Shown: positions 37,424-49,681 of the stretch, piece by piece
Layout: each line of letters starts with the position of its first letter
How positions within the stretch are numbered: position 1 is the first letter of the stretch
NCBI GenBank assembly: GCA_964413375.1
Contig: CAYPSI010000113.1
Span: 4,664 to 68,663 of the forward strand
Source of the DNA: an uncultured Spirochaetales bacterium
GTDB lineage: Bacteria; Myxococcota_A; UBA9160; SMWR01
Reading direction: 5' to 3'
Length of the DNA stretch: 64,000 bases
The notes under the pieces: generated by a model
The model's database searches: none
Told to the model about the DNA's origin: nothing
What the model saw: the letters and a program-made list of their open reading frames with translations, nothing else
Translations under genes and position numbers: made by a program

Positions 37424-37439
37424 CCTCGAGGTCTCGAGG
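37424..37439 (+). promoter_or_regulatory. Inverted repeat CCTCGAG-gt-CTCGAGG covering the likely RBS of the Rrf2 gene
   Basis: Read directly. The 7-bp arms end 5 nt before the GTG at 37445. Two CCGATAT direct repeats lie just upstream (37391-37397 and 37417-37423). Confidence 0.25.
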
Positions 37440-37444
37440 TTCCC

Positions 37445-37939
37445 GTGATCCGTCTCAGCCGTCTCTCCGATTACGGCATCGTCTTGATGGCCCAGCTCGC
37501 CGGTCGGGCCGGGAGCGTGCCCTCGAACGCGCGCGAGGTGGCGGCCGAGGTCCACTTGCCGCTCCCAGTCGTCAGCAAGGTGTTGAAGGCGCTCGCGCGG
37601 CGCGGGCTCCTCGTCTCGCACCGCGGGGCGAAGGGTGGCTACAGCCTCGCGCGGCCGCCGGAAGAGATCACCGCGGCCGAGATGATCGCCGCGCTCGAGG
37701 GCCCGATCGGCCTCACGGAGTGCGTCGCCCATCCGGGCCAGTGCGTGCAGGAGGCGAGCTGCCACGTCCGCGAGCCGTGGCAGCGCATCAACAGCGTCGT
37801 GCGGCGCGCACTGACGGAGGTCACGCTCGCCGATCTCGTCACGCACGCGCCACAGGCCGGCGACACGCTTTCGATCCACCCGCTCGGCTCGGGCCCGCGC
37901 CACGCGCAGGCGCCCCTGACCGACGCCCGACACCGCTAG
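37445..37939 (+). CDS. Rrf2-family transcriptional regulator (IscR/SufR-like, three-Cys cluster ligands)
   Basis: [19 protein letters not shown] opening, w[30 protein letters not shown], and Cys ligands in [19 protein letters not shown]. Confidence 0.85.
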   Translation: MIRLSRLSDYGIVLMAQLAGRAGSVPSNAREVAAEVHLPLPVVSKVLKALARRGLLVSHRGAKGGYSLARPPEEITAAEMIAALEGPIGLTECVAHPGQCVQEASCHVREPWQRINSVVRRALTEVTLADLVTHAPQAGDTLSIHPLGSGPRHAQAPLTDARHR

Positions 37940-37947
37940 AGGGAGCC

Positions 37948-39405
<1,458 letters not shown>

Positions 39406-39427
39406 CCCGATGGAAGGAACGCAAGCG

Positions 39428-40179
<752 letters not shown>

Positions 40180-40180
<1 letters not shown>

Positions 40181-41514
40181 TGGACGCGCTCGAGACCGCT
40201 CGCGACCACTATGTCGCGCGCCACGCCGCCTGGGGCGCGGCGCGCCGGAACGAGCCCGCATGGCTCGCCCGGATGCGACGCGATGCCGCGGCGCGCTTCG
40301 CGGAGGTGGGGCTTCCGCACACGCGCCTCGAGGAATGGCGCTACACGAGCCTGACCCGCTTCGCGCGCGTGCCCTTCGAGCTCACCACCGCCTCGGCGCC
40401 GGTCTCTCGCCAGGCGCTCGAGCGGGTTTCGTTCCCGGTCTATGCGTGCAGCGTCTACGCCTTCGTCGACGGCGCCTACCGGCCCGAGCTATCCGCGCCG
40501 CCCGCGCTGACGGCCGGCGTGCGCGTCATGAGCCTCGCGGAGCTCCTCGCGAGCGAGCCCGAGCGTGTCGAGGCGGAGCTCGGCAGCCTCGTGGATCCGA
40601 AGCTCCATCCCTTCGCCGCACTCAACACCGCGTTCCTCGAAGACGGCGCCGTGCTGCTCATACCCCGCGGCACCCGGCTCCCCCAGCCCATCCACGTGGT
40701 CTTCGCCTCCTCCGGCGCGGAGCCCGACCGCGTTCGGCACCCCCGCGTGCTCGTCGTCGCCGGACCCGAGAGCCATTGTGAGTTGATCGTCGACCACGTC
40801 GATCTCGCGCCTGTGCGGGGCTTCACGAACGCGGTGATCGAGGTGCGCGTCGAGCGCGCCGCCGAACTCGGACTGATGCTCGTGCAGCGCGAGGCGGACC
40901 AGACCACCCACATCTCGAATCTCGGTGCGCGCGTCGAGCGCGACGCGCGTCTCTCGGCCCACACCCTGACGCTCGGGGGCGCTCTGGTGCGCAACGACGC
41001 GAACGTGCTGCTCGCGGAGGAGGGGGCGAGCTGCCGGCTCAACGGCCTCTTCGCCGGGGACGGTGATCAGCTTCTCGACCACCATACGCTGATCGACCAC
41101 GCGATGCCGCACGGGGAGAGCCGCCAGCTCTACAAAGGCATCCTCGATGGCGGCGCCCGCGGCGTGTTCCGCGGCCGCGTGATCGTGCGACCCGGAGCAC
41201 AGCGCACCGACGCGGAGCAGTCGAACCCGAACCTGCTCCTCTCGCCCAGGGCCGAGGTCGACAGCAGGCCGCAGCTCGAGATCTACGCAGACGACGTGAA
41301 GTGCCGCCACGGATCGAGCATCGGGCGCCTCGACGAGGACGCGCTCTTCTACCTGCGCGCGCGCGGGCTCGACGAGGGCGAGGCCCGCGACATGCTGACG
41401 CGGGGCTTCGCCGCCGAGGTGCTCGATGCGCTCCCCGTTCCGGCGCTCGGGATGGCGCTCGCCACGCTCCTCGCCACCCGCATGGACCCTGCGGCCGAAG
41501 GAGCAGGGTCGTGA
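40180..41514 (+). CDS. sufD: Fe-S cluster assembly protein SufD
   Basis: The ATG shares one base with the sufC stop (TGATG). SufB/D beta-helix C-terminal pattern: PQLEIYADDVKCRHGSSIGRLDEDALFYLRARGL. Confidence 0.9.
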
Positions 41515-42764
41515 GCGCGGGAGCCCGGGCCCCGGCCACCCGTCCGGCCTTCGACGCGGAGCGCGTACGCGAAGAGTTCCCGATCCTCGCCGAGCGCGTG
41601 CACGGCAAGCGCCTCGTCTTCCTCGACAGCGCGTCGAGCGCGCAGAAGCCGCGTCGCGTGCTCGACGCGATGAACGCCTTCTACGAGCACGACTACGCGA
41701 ACGTCCACCGCGGCGTCTACCTGCTCTCCGAGCGGGCGACCGCAGCCTTCGAGTCCGTCCGCGAGAAGGTCCGCGCCTTCCTCGGCGCGCCGGAGGCGCG
41801 CGAGGTGATCTTCGTCCGCGGAACGACCGAGGCGATCAACCTCGTCGCGCACAGCTTCGGCGGTGCCCGGGTGGGCGCGGGCGACGAAGTGCTCGTGACG
41901 CAGATGGAGCACCACTCGAACATCGTCCCCTGGCAGATGCTCTGCGAGGAGAAGGGCGCGCGACTGCGCGTGGTGCCGGTGGACGACCGGGGCGATCTGC
42001 GACTCGAGGCGCTGGAAGCACTCCTCGGGCCGCGCTCGCGCATGCTCGCGGTGACGCACGTGTCGAACACGCTCGGCAGCGTGAACCCGCTGCGCGAGAT
42101 CGTGCGGATGGCCCATGCGCGCGGCGTACCGGTGCTGGTAGACGGCGCGCAGGCGGCGCCCCACCTGCGCATCGACGTGCAGGAGCTCGGCTGCGACTTC
42201 TATGCCTTCTCGGGTCACAAGGTCTTCGGCCCGACGGGCGCCGGCGTGCTGTGGGGGCGCGCCGAGCACCTCGAGGCGATGCCACCCTGGCAGGGCGGTG
42301 GCGACATGATCCTCTCGGTCTCCTTCGAGAAGACGCTCTACCGCGAGATTCCCTACCGCTTCGAGGCGGGGACACCCGACATCGCCGCCGTCGTCGGCCT
42401 CGGCGCAGCGATCGACTGGCTCGGCGAGATCGACCCGCAGGCGGCCGCCGCGCACGAGCGCGACCTGCTGCTGCATGCGACGGAAGCCCTCGCGGCGATC
42501 CCAGGGCTTCGGCTCGTCGGCACACCACGCGAGCGCGTCGGAGTCGTCTCCTTCGTGCTCGACGACGTCCATCCCCACGACGTCGGCACGATCCTCGATC
42601 ACGAGGGGATCGCGGTTCGCACCGGACACCACTGCACGCAGCCGCTGATGGAGCGCTTCGGGGTGCCGGCGACGATCCGCGCCTCCTTCGCGCTCTACAA
42701 CGAGCGCGAGGACGTGGACTCCCTCGTGGCCGGGATCGCCCGCGTGCGCGAGGTCTTCGCCTGA
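41511..42764 (+). CDS. sufS: Cysteine desulfurase SufS (group II)
   Basis: GTGA overlap with sufD. FPIL...VFLDSASSAQKP, ANVHRG, the PLP site FSGHKVFGPTGAGVL, and the active-site loop RTGHHCTQPL. Confidence 0.95.
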   Translation: MSAGARAPATRPAFDAERVREEFPILAERVHGKRLVFLDSASSAQKPRRVLDAMNAFYEHDYANVHRGVYLLSERATAAFESVREKVRAFLGAPEAREVIFVRGTTEAINLVAHSFGGARVGAGDEVLVTQMEHHSNIVPWQMLCEEKGARLRVVPVDDRGDLRLEALEALLGPRSRMLAVTHVSNTLGSVNPLREIVRMAHARGVPVLVDGAQAAPHLRIDVQELGCDFYAFSGHKVFGPTGAGVLWGRAEHLEAMPPWQGGGDMILSVSFEKTLYREIPYRFEAGTPDIAAVVGLGAAIDWLGEIDPQAAAAHERDLLLHATEALAAIPGLRLVGTPRERVGVVSFVLDDVHPHDVGTILDHEGIAVRTGHHCTQPLMERFGVPATIRASFALYNEREDVDSLVAGIARVREVFA

Positions 42765-43213
42765 TGCAGGAGCTGCGCGAGCTATACCAGTCCGTGATCC
42801 TCGATCACAACAAGCTGCCGCGGAACTTCGCGCGGCCCGAGCGCGCGAACCGCGAGGCCCACGGGCACAACCCGCTCTGCGGCGACAAGCTCGAGGTCTT
42901 CGCGGAGGTGGACGAGGGCGTGCTGCGCGCGGTCGGCTTCCAGGGTTCCGGCTGTGCCATTTCGAAGGCGTCTGCGTCGCTGATGACCGAGGCGGTGAAG
43001 GGCAAGACCCTCGCCGAGATCGAGCAGCTCTTCGGAGGTTTTCACCGCGCCGTGACCTCCGATGCGCGCACGCCGGTCGACGCCTCGGGCCTCGGCAAGC
43101 TCGAGGTCTTCGTCGGCGTTCGCGAGTTCCCGATCCGCGTCCAGTGCGCCACGCTCGCCTGGCACACGCTGCGCGCCGCGCTTGCCGGCGAAGAGAACGC
43201 GAGCACGGAGTAG
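42764..43213 (+). CDS. sufU: SufU/IscU-like sulfur acceptor scaffold
   Basis: TGATG junction with sufS. LYQSVILDHNKLPRNF, NPLCGD, GSGCAISKAS and CATLAW motifs. Confidence 0.9.
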   Translation: MQELRELYQSVILDHNKLPRNFARPERANREAHGHNPLCGDKLEVFAEVDEGVLRAVGFQGSGCAISKASASLMTEAVKGKTLAEIEQLFGGFHRAVTSDARTPVDASGLGKLEVFVGVREFPIRVQCATLAWHTLRAALAGEENASTE

Positions 43214-43216
43214 AGC

Positions 43217-43549
43217 ATGCAAGAAAGCACGAGCCCCCATGGCGTCGAAGCGGTCCGCGCGAGCATCATCGAGCGGCTGCGAACCGTCTACGACCCGGAG
43301 ATCCCCGTCGATATCTACGAGCTCGGCCTGATCTACGAGGTGAAGGTCGACGAGGCCGGGAAGGTCGGGATCCGCATGACGCTGACCTCGCCGATGTGCC
43401 CTGCCGCGGAGGCGCTCCCGTCCGAGGTCGAGACCAAGGCCCGCGAGGTCGAGGGAGTCACCAGCGTGGCTCTCGAGCTCGTCTGGGACCCGCCGTGGAC
43501 CCCCGAGCGCATGTCCGAGGCCGCGAAGCTCGAGCTCGGGATGGTTTAG
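43217..43549 (+). CDS. sufT: DUF59/SufT-like Fe-S assembly protein
   Basis: 110 aa with VYDPEIPVDIYELGLIY and TLTSPMCPAAEALP motifs. Confidence 0.85.
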   Translation: MQESTSPHGVEAVRASIIERLRTVYDPEIPVDIYELGLIYEVKVDEAGKVGIRMTLTSPMCPAAEALPSEVETKAREVEGVTSVALELVWDPPWTPERMSEAAKLELGMV

Positions 43550-43591
43550 GCAGGCCCTGGGACGTTGCGTCGACCCGAAGGGTCGTGATCT

Positions 43592-43632
43592 CTCCGCTCG
43601 GCTTCGCCTCGCTGCGCGGCCGCTTCGCGGCC
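43592..43632 (+). repeat. GC-rich intergenic repeat, copy A
   Basis: ctccgctcggcttcgcctcgctgcgcggccgcttcgcggcc. The 3' part forms GGCCGC-ttc-GCGGCC. It lies between sufT and the MFS gene. Confidence 0.7.
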
Positions 43633-43651
43633 TTGCTAGCGTGCGGCCTCC

Positions 43652-44767
43652 GTGATCGCACTCGCCTTCGCTGCGTTCCTGCTCTTCGGGGTGATGCTCG
43701 TCCTGGTGGGCGCGAACCAGGCCGAGCTGGCGCGCGACCTCGAGCTCGATCTGGCGGGCTCGGGACTTCTCGTCTCGCTGCTCTCGGTGGGGCTCGGCGT
43801 GGGCGTCCTCGGCGCGGGGCCGCTCGTCGACCGCGTGGCGCGCCGCCCGCTCTTCGTGGCCGCGACGCTCCTCGCGGCGGCGGCGCTCCTCTCGATCGAT
43901 CGCTCGATGGGGCTCGCGCGCGCGGGCCTGCACCTCGCGGCGATCGGCGTCGGGCTCGGCGTCTTCGAGACGCTGCTCAACGTCGCGGTGGGCGAGCTCC
44001 ACGGCGCGCGCGCAGCGAAGCCGCTCAGCTTCGTGCATGCCGCAGCAACGCTGGGCGCGATGTCGGGTCCGGCGCTCGCGGCCTGGCTCGCAGCCCTGGG
44101 CGACTGGAGCTGGAGCTTTCGCGCGCTCGGCGCGGGTCACCTGCTGCTCGCCGCGGCCGCGTTCGCGGTGCCCTTCCCGCCGCACGCCCGCAGCGTGCGC
44201 GCAGCGGGCTCGGGCCTGCTCCCGCCCGGACTCGCCCGCGCGCTCTTGCCCTTTGCGCTGATCTCGTTTGCGTACGTGGGCATCGAGACGGCGCTCAGCG
44301 TGCTCGCGGTTCCCTATGCGACGCAGACACTCGGTCTGGCGGAAGAGCATGGCCTCGCGGCGATCAGCGCGCTGTGGGCGGGGATGCTGGCCAGCCGCCT
44401 GGCGCTGCTGCTCGCGCGCGGTGCGATCGACGCGCGCTACCTCGTCTTTGCCGGGGCCGCTGGCGCGCTCGTACTGGGCGTCGGTGTCGCCGCGCGGCTC
44501 GGACCGCTCGAGCTCGTCTTCGGCGCGACCGGCGCGGCGCTCGGCGTCGTCTTCCCGCTGATGGTGGCGCTCGCCGGCGAACGCGCCGGGTTCGCTCGCG
44601 GCACCGCCACCGGTCTCGTCGTCGGCGCCGGTGCGCTCGGCGGCTTCACCCTCCCCTGGCTCCACGGCGCCCTCGGCGACGCCGTCGGTCCAGGCCTGGC
44701 GGTGGGCAGCCTCGCGGGATGGGCGGGCCTGGTGGCGGGCGCAGCGTGGGCCGCGCGGCGCGCGTAG
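43652..44767 (+). CDS. MFS transporter
   Basis: GTG start. About 12 hydrophobic helices. The loop 2-3 motif is GPLVDRVARRPLF. Confidence 0.8.
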   Translation: MIALAFAAFLLFGVMLVLVGANQAELARDLELDLAGSGLLVSLLSVGLGVGVLGAGPLVDRVARRPLFVAATLLAAAALLSIDRSMGLARAGLHLAAIGVGLGVFETLLNVAVGELHGARAAKPLSFVHAAATLGAMSGPALAAWLAALGDWSWSFRALGAGHLLLAAAAFAVPFPPHARSVRAAGSGLLPPGLARALLPFALISFAYVGIETALSVLAVPYATQTLGLAEEHGLAAISALWAGMLASRLALLLARGAIDARYLVFAGAAGALVLGVGVAARLGPLELVFGATGAALGVVFPLMVALAGERAGFARGTATGLVVGAGALGGFTLPWLHGALGDAVGPGLAVGSLAGWAGLVAGAAWAARRA

Positions 44768-44772
44768 CTTGC

Positions 44773-44792
44773 GGCGAAGCGCGCAGGCTTCG
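44773..44792. terminator. Hairpin GCGAAGC-gcgcag-GCTTCGC in a 31-nt convergent gap (repeat-derived, copy B)
   Basis: A 7-bp perfect stem read directly, between the MFS stop (44767) and the rSAM stop (44799). No T-tract. Confidence 0.35.
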
Positions 44793-44798
44793 CGTGCG

Positions 44799-46385
44799 CT
44801 ACTCGGCTCCCGCGTGGATCCCGGCCGAAGCGGGCTGCGCAGGCCGCTTCGCGCGAGGCCCGACGCCGCCCGACGAGCGCCGCAGCACGAAGGCCGGTAG
44901 CGCGTTCGCCCCCTGCCCCATCGAGTGCTCGTAGGCAACGGACGCAGCCGAGGCGTTGAAGGGAATGTCGAGCCTGCGGCGCACGTCGCGCTCGACCCAA
45001 TCTCGCATCTCGACGAGCTGCGCCGCCGAGAGAAAGTCGGTGAAAACGTAGGATCGATAGCCGCTGTCCGGATCGCCCTTGTAGTACTCCGCGACCTCCG
45101 AGAAATCGACCTCGTAGGCGTGCAGGCGGTCTCCGCTTTTCTTTGCGGTGTAGGTCCACACGCCCGGCTCGCTGGGATGCGCGATGGCCTCGTCGTAGTA
45201 GGGCGTGCCGGGGTAGGTCGTGATGATCGTGCAGTCGAAGTCGTCCGGCTTCGCTTCGACCAGCCAGTCGCGTACCGCCCGGATCGTCTCCTCGCTCTCC
45301 CCGGGGTGACCGACGGACATCAAAGCCTTCACCTTGAGCCCCGCCGCACGAGCCGTCTGCACCGCCCGCGTATTGTCCTCGAGGGTGGCGCGCTTGTTGA
45401 TGTTGTCCAGGATCCGGGGCGAGGCGGCCTCGAAGCCGCACAGGATCCAGCGGAAGCCGGCGCGGAACATCGCCGCGGCCTGCTGGGCCGTGAAGAGCTC
45501 CGATTTCACGAAGCCGCGGAGCCGGAAGTCGACGCCGAGCCGCGCCTGTAGCTTGCAGAGCTCTTCGAGCAGCTCGAGCAGCTTGGGGCTCACGTTGAGC
45601 TCGTCGTCGTAGAACATGAACCCGGTGTAGCCATAATCCCGATGCAGGTGCTCGACCTCGGAGATGATCGACTCGACGCCTCGCACGCGGATCGCCCGCA
45701 AGGTGCGCGAGTTCCTGCCGCCGCAGAAGCCGCAGCCGAAGGGACAGCCGAGCTGACCGATCAGGCTCGTCGAGTTCCTGCCTTCGATCGTGTAGTGGTA
45801 GCTAGACGCATCGACGAGGTGGCGAGCCGGGAAGGGGGTGCGCTCGAAGTCGCTGTTGCTCAGGAACATGCCGTTCTTCGGATCGTCGGCGTCGATCAGC
45901 TTCGGCGCGTCCGCGGCGAGCGCATGGAGGACCGCACGCTCGCCGTCTCCCGAGACCAGCACGTCGAAGATCTCCGCCATCCGCGCAAAAGCCGCGTGGG
46001 CGCGAGATTCCCTCTTGGCGCGCTTCTCGAGCTTCACGGCCGAGGAGACGAGGGTCACGTGGGGTCCGCCGAGGATCAGGCGTAGCTCGGGCCTGAGTTC
46101 GCGCGCGCGGCGCGCGAGCGCCACCGCGGCCGGCAGCTGGGGCGTCGTCGTGGTCAGCGCCACGACGCGGGCCGTCGTGCTGCGCAGGTGGGCTTCAAAG
46201 GCCTCGACGTAGTTCTTGATGCCGGAGAGATCGAGCATCTCGACCGTGAGGCCCGCCTGCTCGAGCACCGCAGCGACCTTCAGGATCCCGAGGCTCATGA
46301 AGACGCGCTCGTCCAGCAGGAAGGAGGACGGCGGGATCACCAAGCAGACGCTCTGCGGACGCACGAGAACGGGCGGCCGGGACAT
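44799..46385 (-). CDS. B12-binding-like radical SAM protein (second one in window)
   Basis: ATG at 46385 (MSRPPVLVRPQSVCLVIPP...). It has an N-terminal Rossmann-like module and the cluster motif GQLGCPFGCGFCGG. The 720-aa track ORF is over-extended. Confidence 0.85.
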   Translation of the reverse strand: MSRPPVLVRPQSVCLVIPPSSFLLDERVFMSLGILKVAAVLEQAGLTVEMLDLSGIKNYVEAFEAHLRSTTARVVALTTTTPQLPAAVALARRARELRPELRLILGGPHVTLVSSAVKLEKRAKRESRAHAAFARMAEIFDVLVSGDGERAVLHALAADAPKLIDADDPKNGMFLSNSDFERTPFPARHLVDASSYHYTIEGRNSTSLIGQLGCPFGCGFCGGRNSRTLRAIRVRGVESIISEVEHLHRDYGYTGFMFYDDELNVSPKLLELLEELCKLQARLGVDFRLRGFVKSELFTAQQAAAMFRAGFRWILCGFEAASPRILDNINKRATLEDNTRAVQTARAAGLKVKALMSVGHPGESEETIRAVRDWLVEAKPDDFDCTIITTYPGTPYYDEAIAHPSEPGVWTYTAKKSGDRLHAYEVDFSEVAEYYKGDPDSGYRSYVFTDFLSAAQLVEMRDWVERDVRRRLDIPFNASAASVAYEHSMGQGANALPAFVLRRSSGGVGPRAKRPAQPASAGIHAGAE

Positions 46386-46523
46386 AAGGCGGCTCCCAGG
46401 TCGGGGGAGGGGAGCAGCAAGCCTATCAGGCGACGCGGGATCGGCCAGATTGGCGCGCTTCCCGGCACTTCGGCGGGCACCCGCGAGGCGACCGCATCGG
46501 CCGCAGGGTATTCTCCGGCCGCG

Positions 46524-47471
46524 ATGGCCGTCCGCATCCGAAACGTCGACACGGGCACCTATCCGTGTGTTTTCCACCACGCAGGTGGCGACTCGATCTG
46601 CCGCGCCGGTCTCGAGCTGAAGCGGAACTTCTTCGACGTGATCGGGGAGCCGGACCGCCACTTCCACTTCTCGAAGAACGGCCGGGTCTTCGGGCTCGAG
46701 AGCTACCGCTGGCCGCGCCCGGCCCCGACCCTTCGCAAGCTCCCGAAGCTCTCGATCGTCACCTTCACGAGCTTCCGCTTTCCGGGCAGCGCGGAGCTCT
46801 CGCTGCATCACCAAGGAGTGCAGGTCGACGTGATCCGCCCTCCCGGCCCGTGGAGGAACATCCGGAAGATCACGCTGATGCGTCAGTACCTGGAGACGGT
46901 GGACACCGAGTACGTGCTCTGCCTCGACTCCCACGACGCCTTCGTGACAGAGGACCTGCATGGGATCGTCCCCGCGTTCGAGAAGCTCGGTTGCCGGATG
47001 CTGGTGCAGGCGGACTCACACGACTGGCCGCAGATCCCCGGAAACCGCGAGTTCTACGACCGCATCGCCGGGGACCAGCGCCCCCTTCGCTACTTGTGCG
47101 GGGGCATCTACATCGGCGACGTCGCCTTCCTGAAGCGCTTCTTCGATCTCTCGCTCGAGACCGAGCCTGTGCTCCCGAACGACGATCAAGGTCCCTACAA
47201 GATGGTCTTCGAGCGCCTCCACCCCGACTGCCAGCTCGACTATCGTTGCGAGCTCTTCCAGTCGCTGACCGACTACCGCGATCCGCGGCGCAGCGACCGC
47301 TTCAAACCGGTGGACCACAACCTCGAGCTCCAGGTGCGCAGGGATCGCGCTCCCGAAGCCTCCGCGCGGCAGCTGACGCCCGGCAAGCTGCGAGCCGCCC
47401 TGCCCTACTTCCTCGGTCGCCTGCTCGATCCGCTGGCCGAGCGCCTGAGTCCGCGCCCACGCGAGAAGTGA
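46524..47471 (+). CDS. Hypothetical protein, possibly GT-A-fold glycosyltransferase-like (DxD-like DSHD)
   Basis: ATG at 46524. LSIVTFTS...YVLCLDSHDAFV...YLCGGIYIGDVAFLKRFF resembles the nucleotide-sugar-binding half of GT-A enzymes. The family assignment is weak. Confidence 0.55.
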   Translation: MAVRIRNVDTGTYPCVFHHAGGDSICRAGLELKRNFFDVIGEPDRHFHFSKNGRVFGLESYRWPRPAPTLRKLPKLSIVTFTSFRFPGSAELSLHHQGVQVDVIRPPGPWRNIRKITLMRQYLETVDTEYVLCLDSHDAFVTEDLHGIVPAFEKLGCRMLVQADSHDWPQIPGNREFYDRIAGDQRPLRYLCGGIYIGDVAFLKRFFDLSLETEPVLPNDDQGPYKMVFERLHPDCQLDYRCELFQSLTDYRDPRRSDRFKPVDHNLELQVRRDRAPEASARQLTPGKLRAALPYFLGRLLDPLAERLSPRPREK

Positions 47472-48832
47472 GCGGGCTTCGCCACGATCTTCCGGCTGGG
47501 ATCGTCGAGTGGGTCGCGCGGACCGGGCGCGGCGAGCTCACACGCCTCGAACGGCACGTGGCGCGCCGCGAGGCCTGGATCGTCGATGTGACACGCGACG
47601 ACGGCTCCGTGCTCGAGTGCTTCCTGCGCCTCGAGCGCGAGCCGGATCCCGGCAGCCCCTGGTCGCTGCGCAAGGAGACGAAGATCGTCGAGGCCCTCGG
47701 AGGGACTTCGGTTCCCGTGCCGAAGGTGTACGGGGTGAGCGACGCGCTCCACTGCACCCTCTTCGAGCGGGCGCGCGGGCGGAGCGACCTCGACGCACTC
47801 TCCGACCGCCGCCAGCAGCGCAGCGTGATGGAGGATTTCATCCGGGTGATGGCACGCATGCACACGCTCGACCTCGACGCGCTCGGGATCGCGCCGCAGA
47901 TGCCGGAGCTTCCGACGAGCGCCGAGCGCGCCGCTCTCGGTGAGGTGGAGCTCGTGCTGGCCCGCTGGAAGCCCTTCCTGCGCTCCTACACCGAGCCTCT
48001 GCTCCGCTACGGAGTGGACTGGCTGCGCCGCAACGCACCCACGCAGATCGCGCGCGTGAGCCTCGTGCAGGGAGACACGGGTCCGGGCAACTTCCTCTTC
48101 GAGGGCGACCGCGTGAGCGCGGTGATCGACTGGGAGTGGGGTCACCTCGGCGACCCTCTGGAGGACCTCGGAAACCTCTGCGTTCGCGAGTTCTGGAACC
48201 CCTGCGGTGGCCTCGCGGGCCTCTTCCGACTCTACGAGCGCGAAGCGGGGATCCCCTATTCGCGCGCCGCGGCGCAGTACTACCGCGTGCAGCAGAACGT
48301 CCGGGGCATGGTGGGCATCCACGCGGTGACCGCGCTGCTGCGACCGCGCGAGCCGGTCGCGTGGTTCCTCGCCTATCGTTACGTGGGCGACCGCGCCACC
48401 TGCGAGGCGCTGGCCGAAGCGATGGGCGTCGCGGTCGAGAGACCCGCGTTTCCCGACGACGACGCCCCCGGCGACGTGCTCGCCGAGGCCGCGCGCTTCG
48501 CGCTCGAGCACGACGTCCTTCCGGCGCTCGCGAGCCCTTTCGCCCGCTCGCGCGCCGCGGAGGCCCGGATTCTCGTCGAAGTCCTGGATCGCAGGCGGCG
48601 CTTCGGCCCCGCGCTCGCCGCGAGCGAACGCGAGGAGCTCGGCGCGCTGCTCGGCCGCCGGTCGCGCAGCCTCGCCGACGGGCTGCGCGCACTCGACCGC
48701 GCGATCCGCGCGCGCTCGCTCGGAGACGAAGCGGTCGTCCGCTACCTCACCCGCCGCGCCTGGCGCGACGAGTGGCTCCACGCCCCCGCAGCCGCGCTCT
48801 ACCCGAACCGGCGCTGGTCGGAAATCGACTAA
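47468..48832 (+). CDS. Phosphotransferase (APH/choline-kinase-like) family protein
   Basis: GTG at 47468 overlaps the upstream stop (GTGA). The Brenner-like motif LVQGDTGPGNFLF and IDWEWGHLGDPLEDL are present. Confidence 0.8.
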   Translation: MSGLRHDLPAGIVEWVARTGRGELTRLERHVARREAWIVDVTRDDGSVLECFLRLEREPDPGSPWSLRKETKIVEALGGTSVPVPKVYGVSDALHCTLFERARGRSDLDALSDRRQQRSVMEDFIRVMARMHTLDLDALGIAPQMPELPTSAERAALGEVELVLARWKPFLRSYTEPLLRYGVDWLRRNAPTQIARVSLVQGDTGPGNFLFEGDRVSAVIDWEWGHLGDPLEDLGNLCVREFWNPCGGLAGLFRLYEREAGIPYSRAAAQYYRVQQNVRGMVGIHAVTALLRPREPVAWFLAYRYVGDRATCEALAEAMGVAVERPAFPDDDAPGDVLAEAARFALEHDVLPALASPFARSRAAEARILVEVLDRRRRFGPALAASEREELGALLGRRSRSLADGLRALDRAIRARSLGDEAVVRYLTRRAWRDEWLHAPAAALYPNRRWSEID

Positions 48833-48866
48833 ACGGCCGCCGTCGATGCCCCGGATCGTGGCGCGA

Positions 48867-49655
48867 TCACGCGAGGGGGATCCGCAGCACGAACGCGGCA
48901 GTCCGGTGGCGGAAGCGGAGCCGACCCTCCGCGCGTTGCACCGCGAGATCGGCGCGATCGCCTTCGATCGATGCCTCGAGCAGCGAGCGGGTCGCGGCCG
49001 CCGCGTCCGCGTCGGGACCGCCGTGGGCGAGCCACTCCTCGACGTCGTAGTGCATCTCGGAGCCGAACTGGCTCGCGACCTCGAGACCCTGCGCCCGGAA
49101 GAGCTCTGAGAACTCCGAGAGCGGAAGCGCGCGCGCGTGAGTCGGATCGCAGAGGCGCTCGATGCGATCGTGGAGCGAGGCGCGCTCCGGCAGCTCCGAC
49201 CCGAGCAGGTCCGCGACGAGCAGCGTGCCGCCCGGCTTCGCGACACGAGTCATCTCGGCGAGCACGCGCGTCGGATCCGGGAAATGATGGAAGGCGGCAC
49301 GGCAGGCCACGATGTCCCAGCCGGCGTCGGGCTCGGGCAACGCGTTTGCGTCTCCCACCTCGAAGCAGGCGTTCCCGATCCCGCGCTCTTGCGCGAGTCG
49401 CCGCGCGCGCTCGACGAAAGCGGGCGTCGCGTCGATGCCGCGGGCGCTCGCGCAGGCCCCCGCGAAGGCCAGCGTCAGGAAGCCCGGCCCGCAGGCCACG
49501 TCGAGTACGCGGCTCTGGGGTTTCGCGCCGGCGAGTGCGACGAGCAGGCGCATGCCCGCCTCGTCGCGCGTCTGCTGCATGCCCGCGTAGGCCTCGGCCT
49601 GCCGCGTGAACTGCTCGCGCACCCGAGCAACGTGCGGGGGATCTGCCAATTCCAC
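48867..49655 (-). CDS. Class I SAM-dependent methyltransferase
   Basis: Motif I VLDVACGPGFLT. Post-I and II: ARGIDATPAFV, DIVACRAAFHHFPD, KPGGTLLV. The start is uncertain (GTG at 49655 preferred). Confidence 0.8.
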   Translation of the reverse strand: MELADPPHVARVREQFTRQAEAYAGMQQTRDEAGMRLLVALAGAKPQSRVLDVACGPGFLTLAFAGACASARGIDATPAFVERARRLAQERGIGNACFEVGDANALPEPDAGWDIVACRAAFHHFPDPTRVLAEMTRVAKPGGTLLVADLLGSELPERASLHDRIERLCDPTHARALPLSEFSELFRAQGLEVASQFGSEMHYDVEEWLAHGGPDADAAAATRSLLEASIEGDRADLAVQRAEGRLRFRHRTAAFVLRIPLA

Positions 49656-49681
49656 CTCCAGGGAGCGCGAACGCCAGGCGT

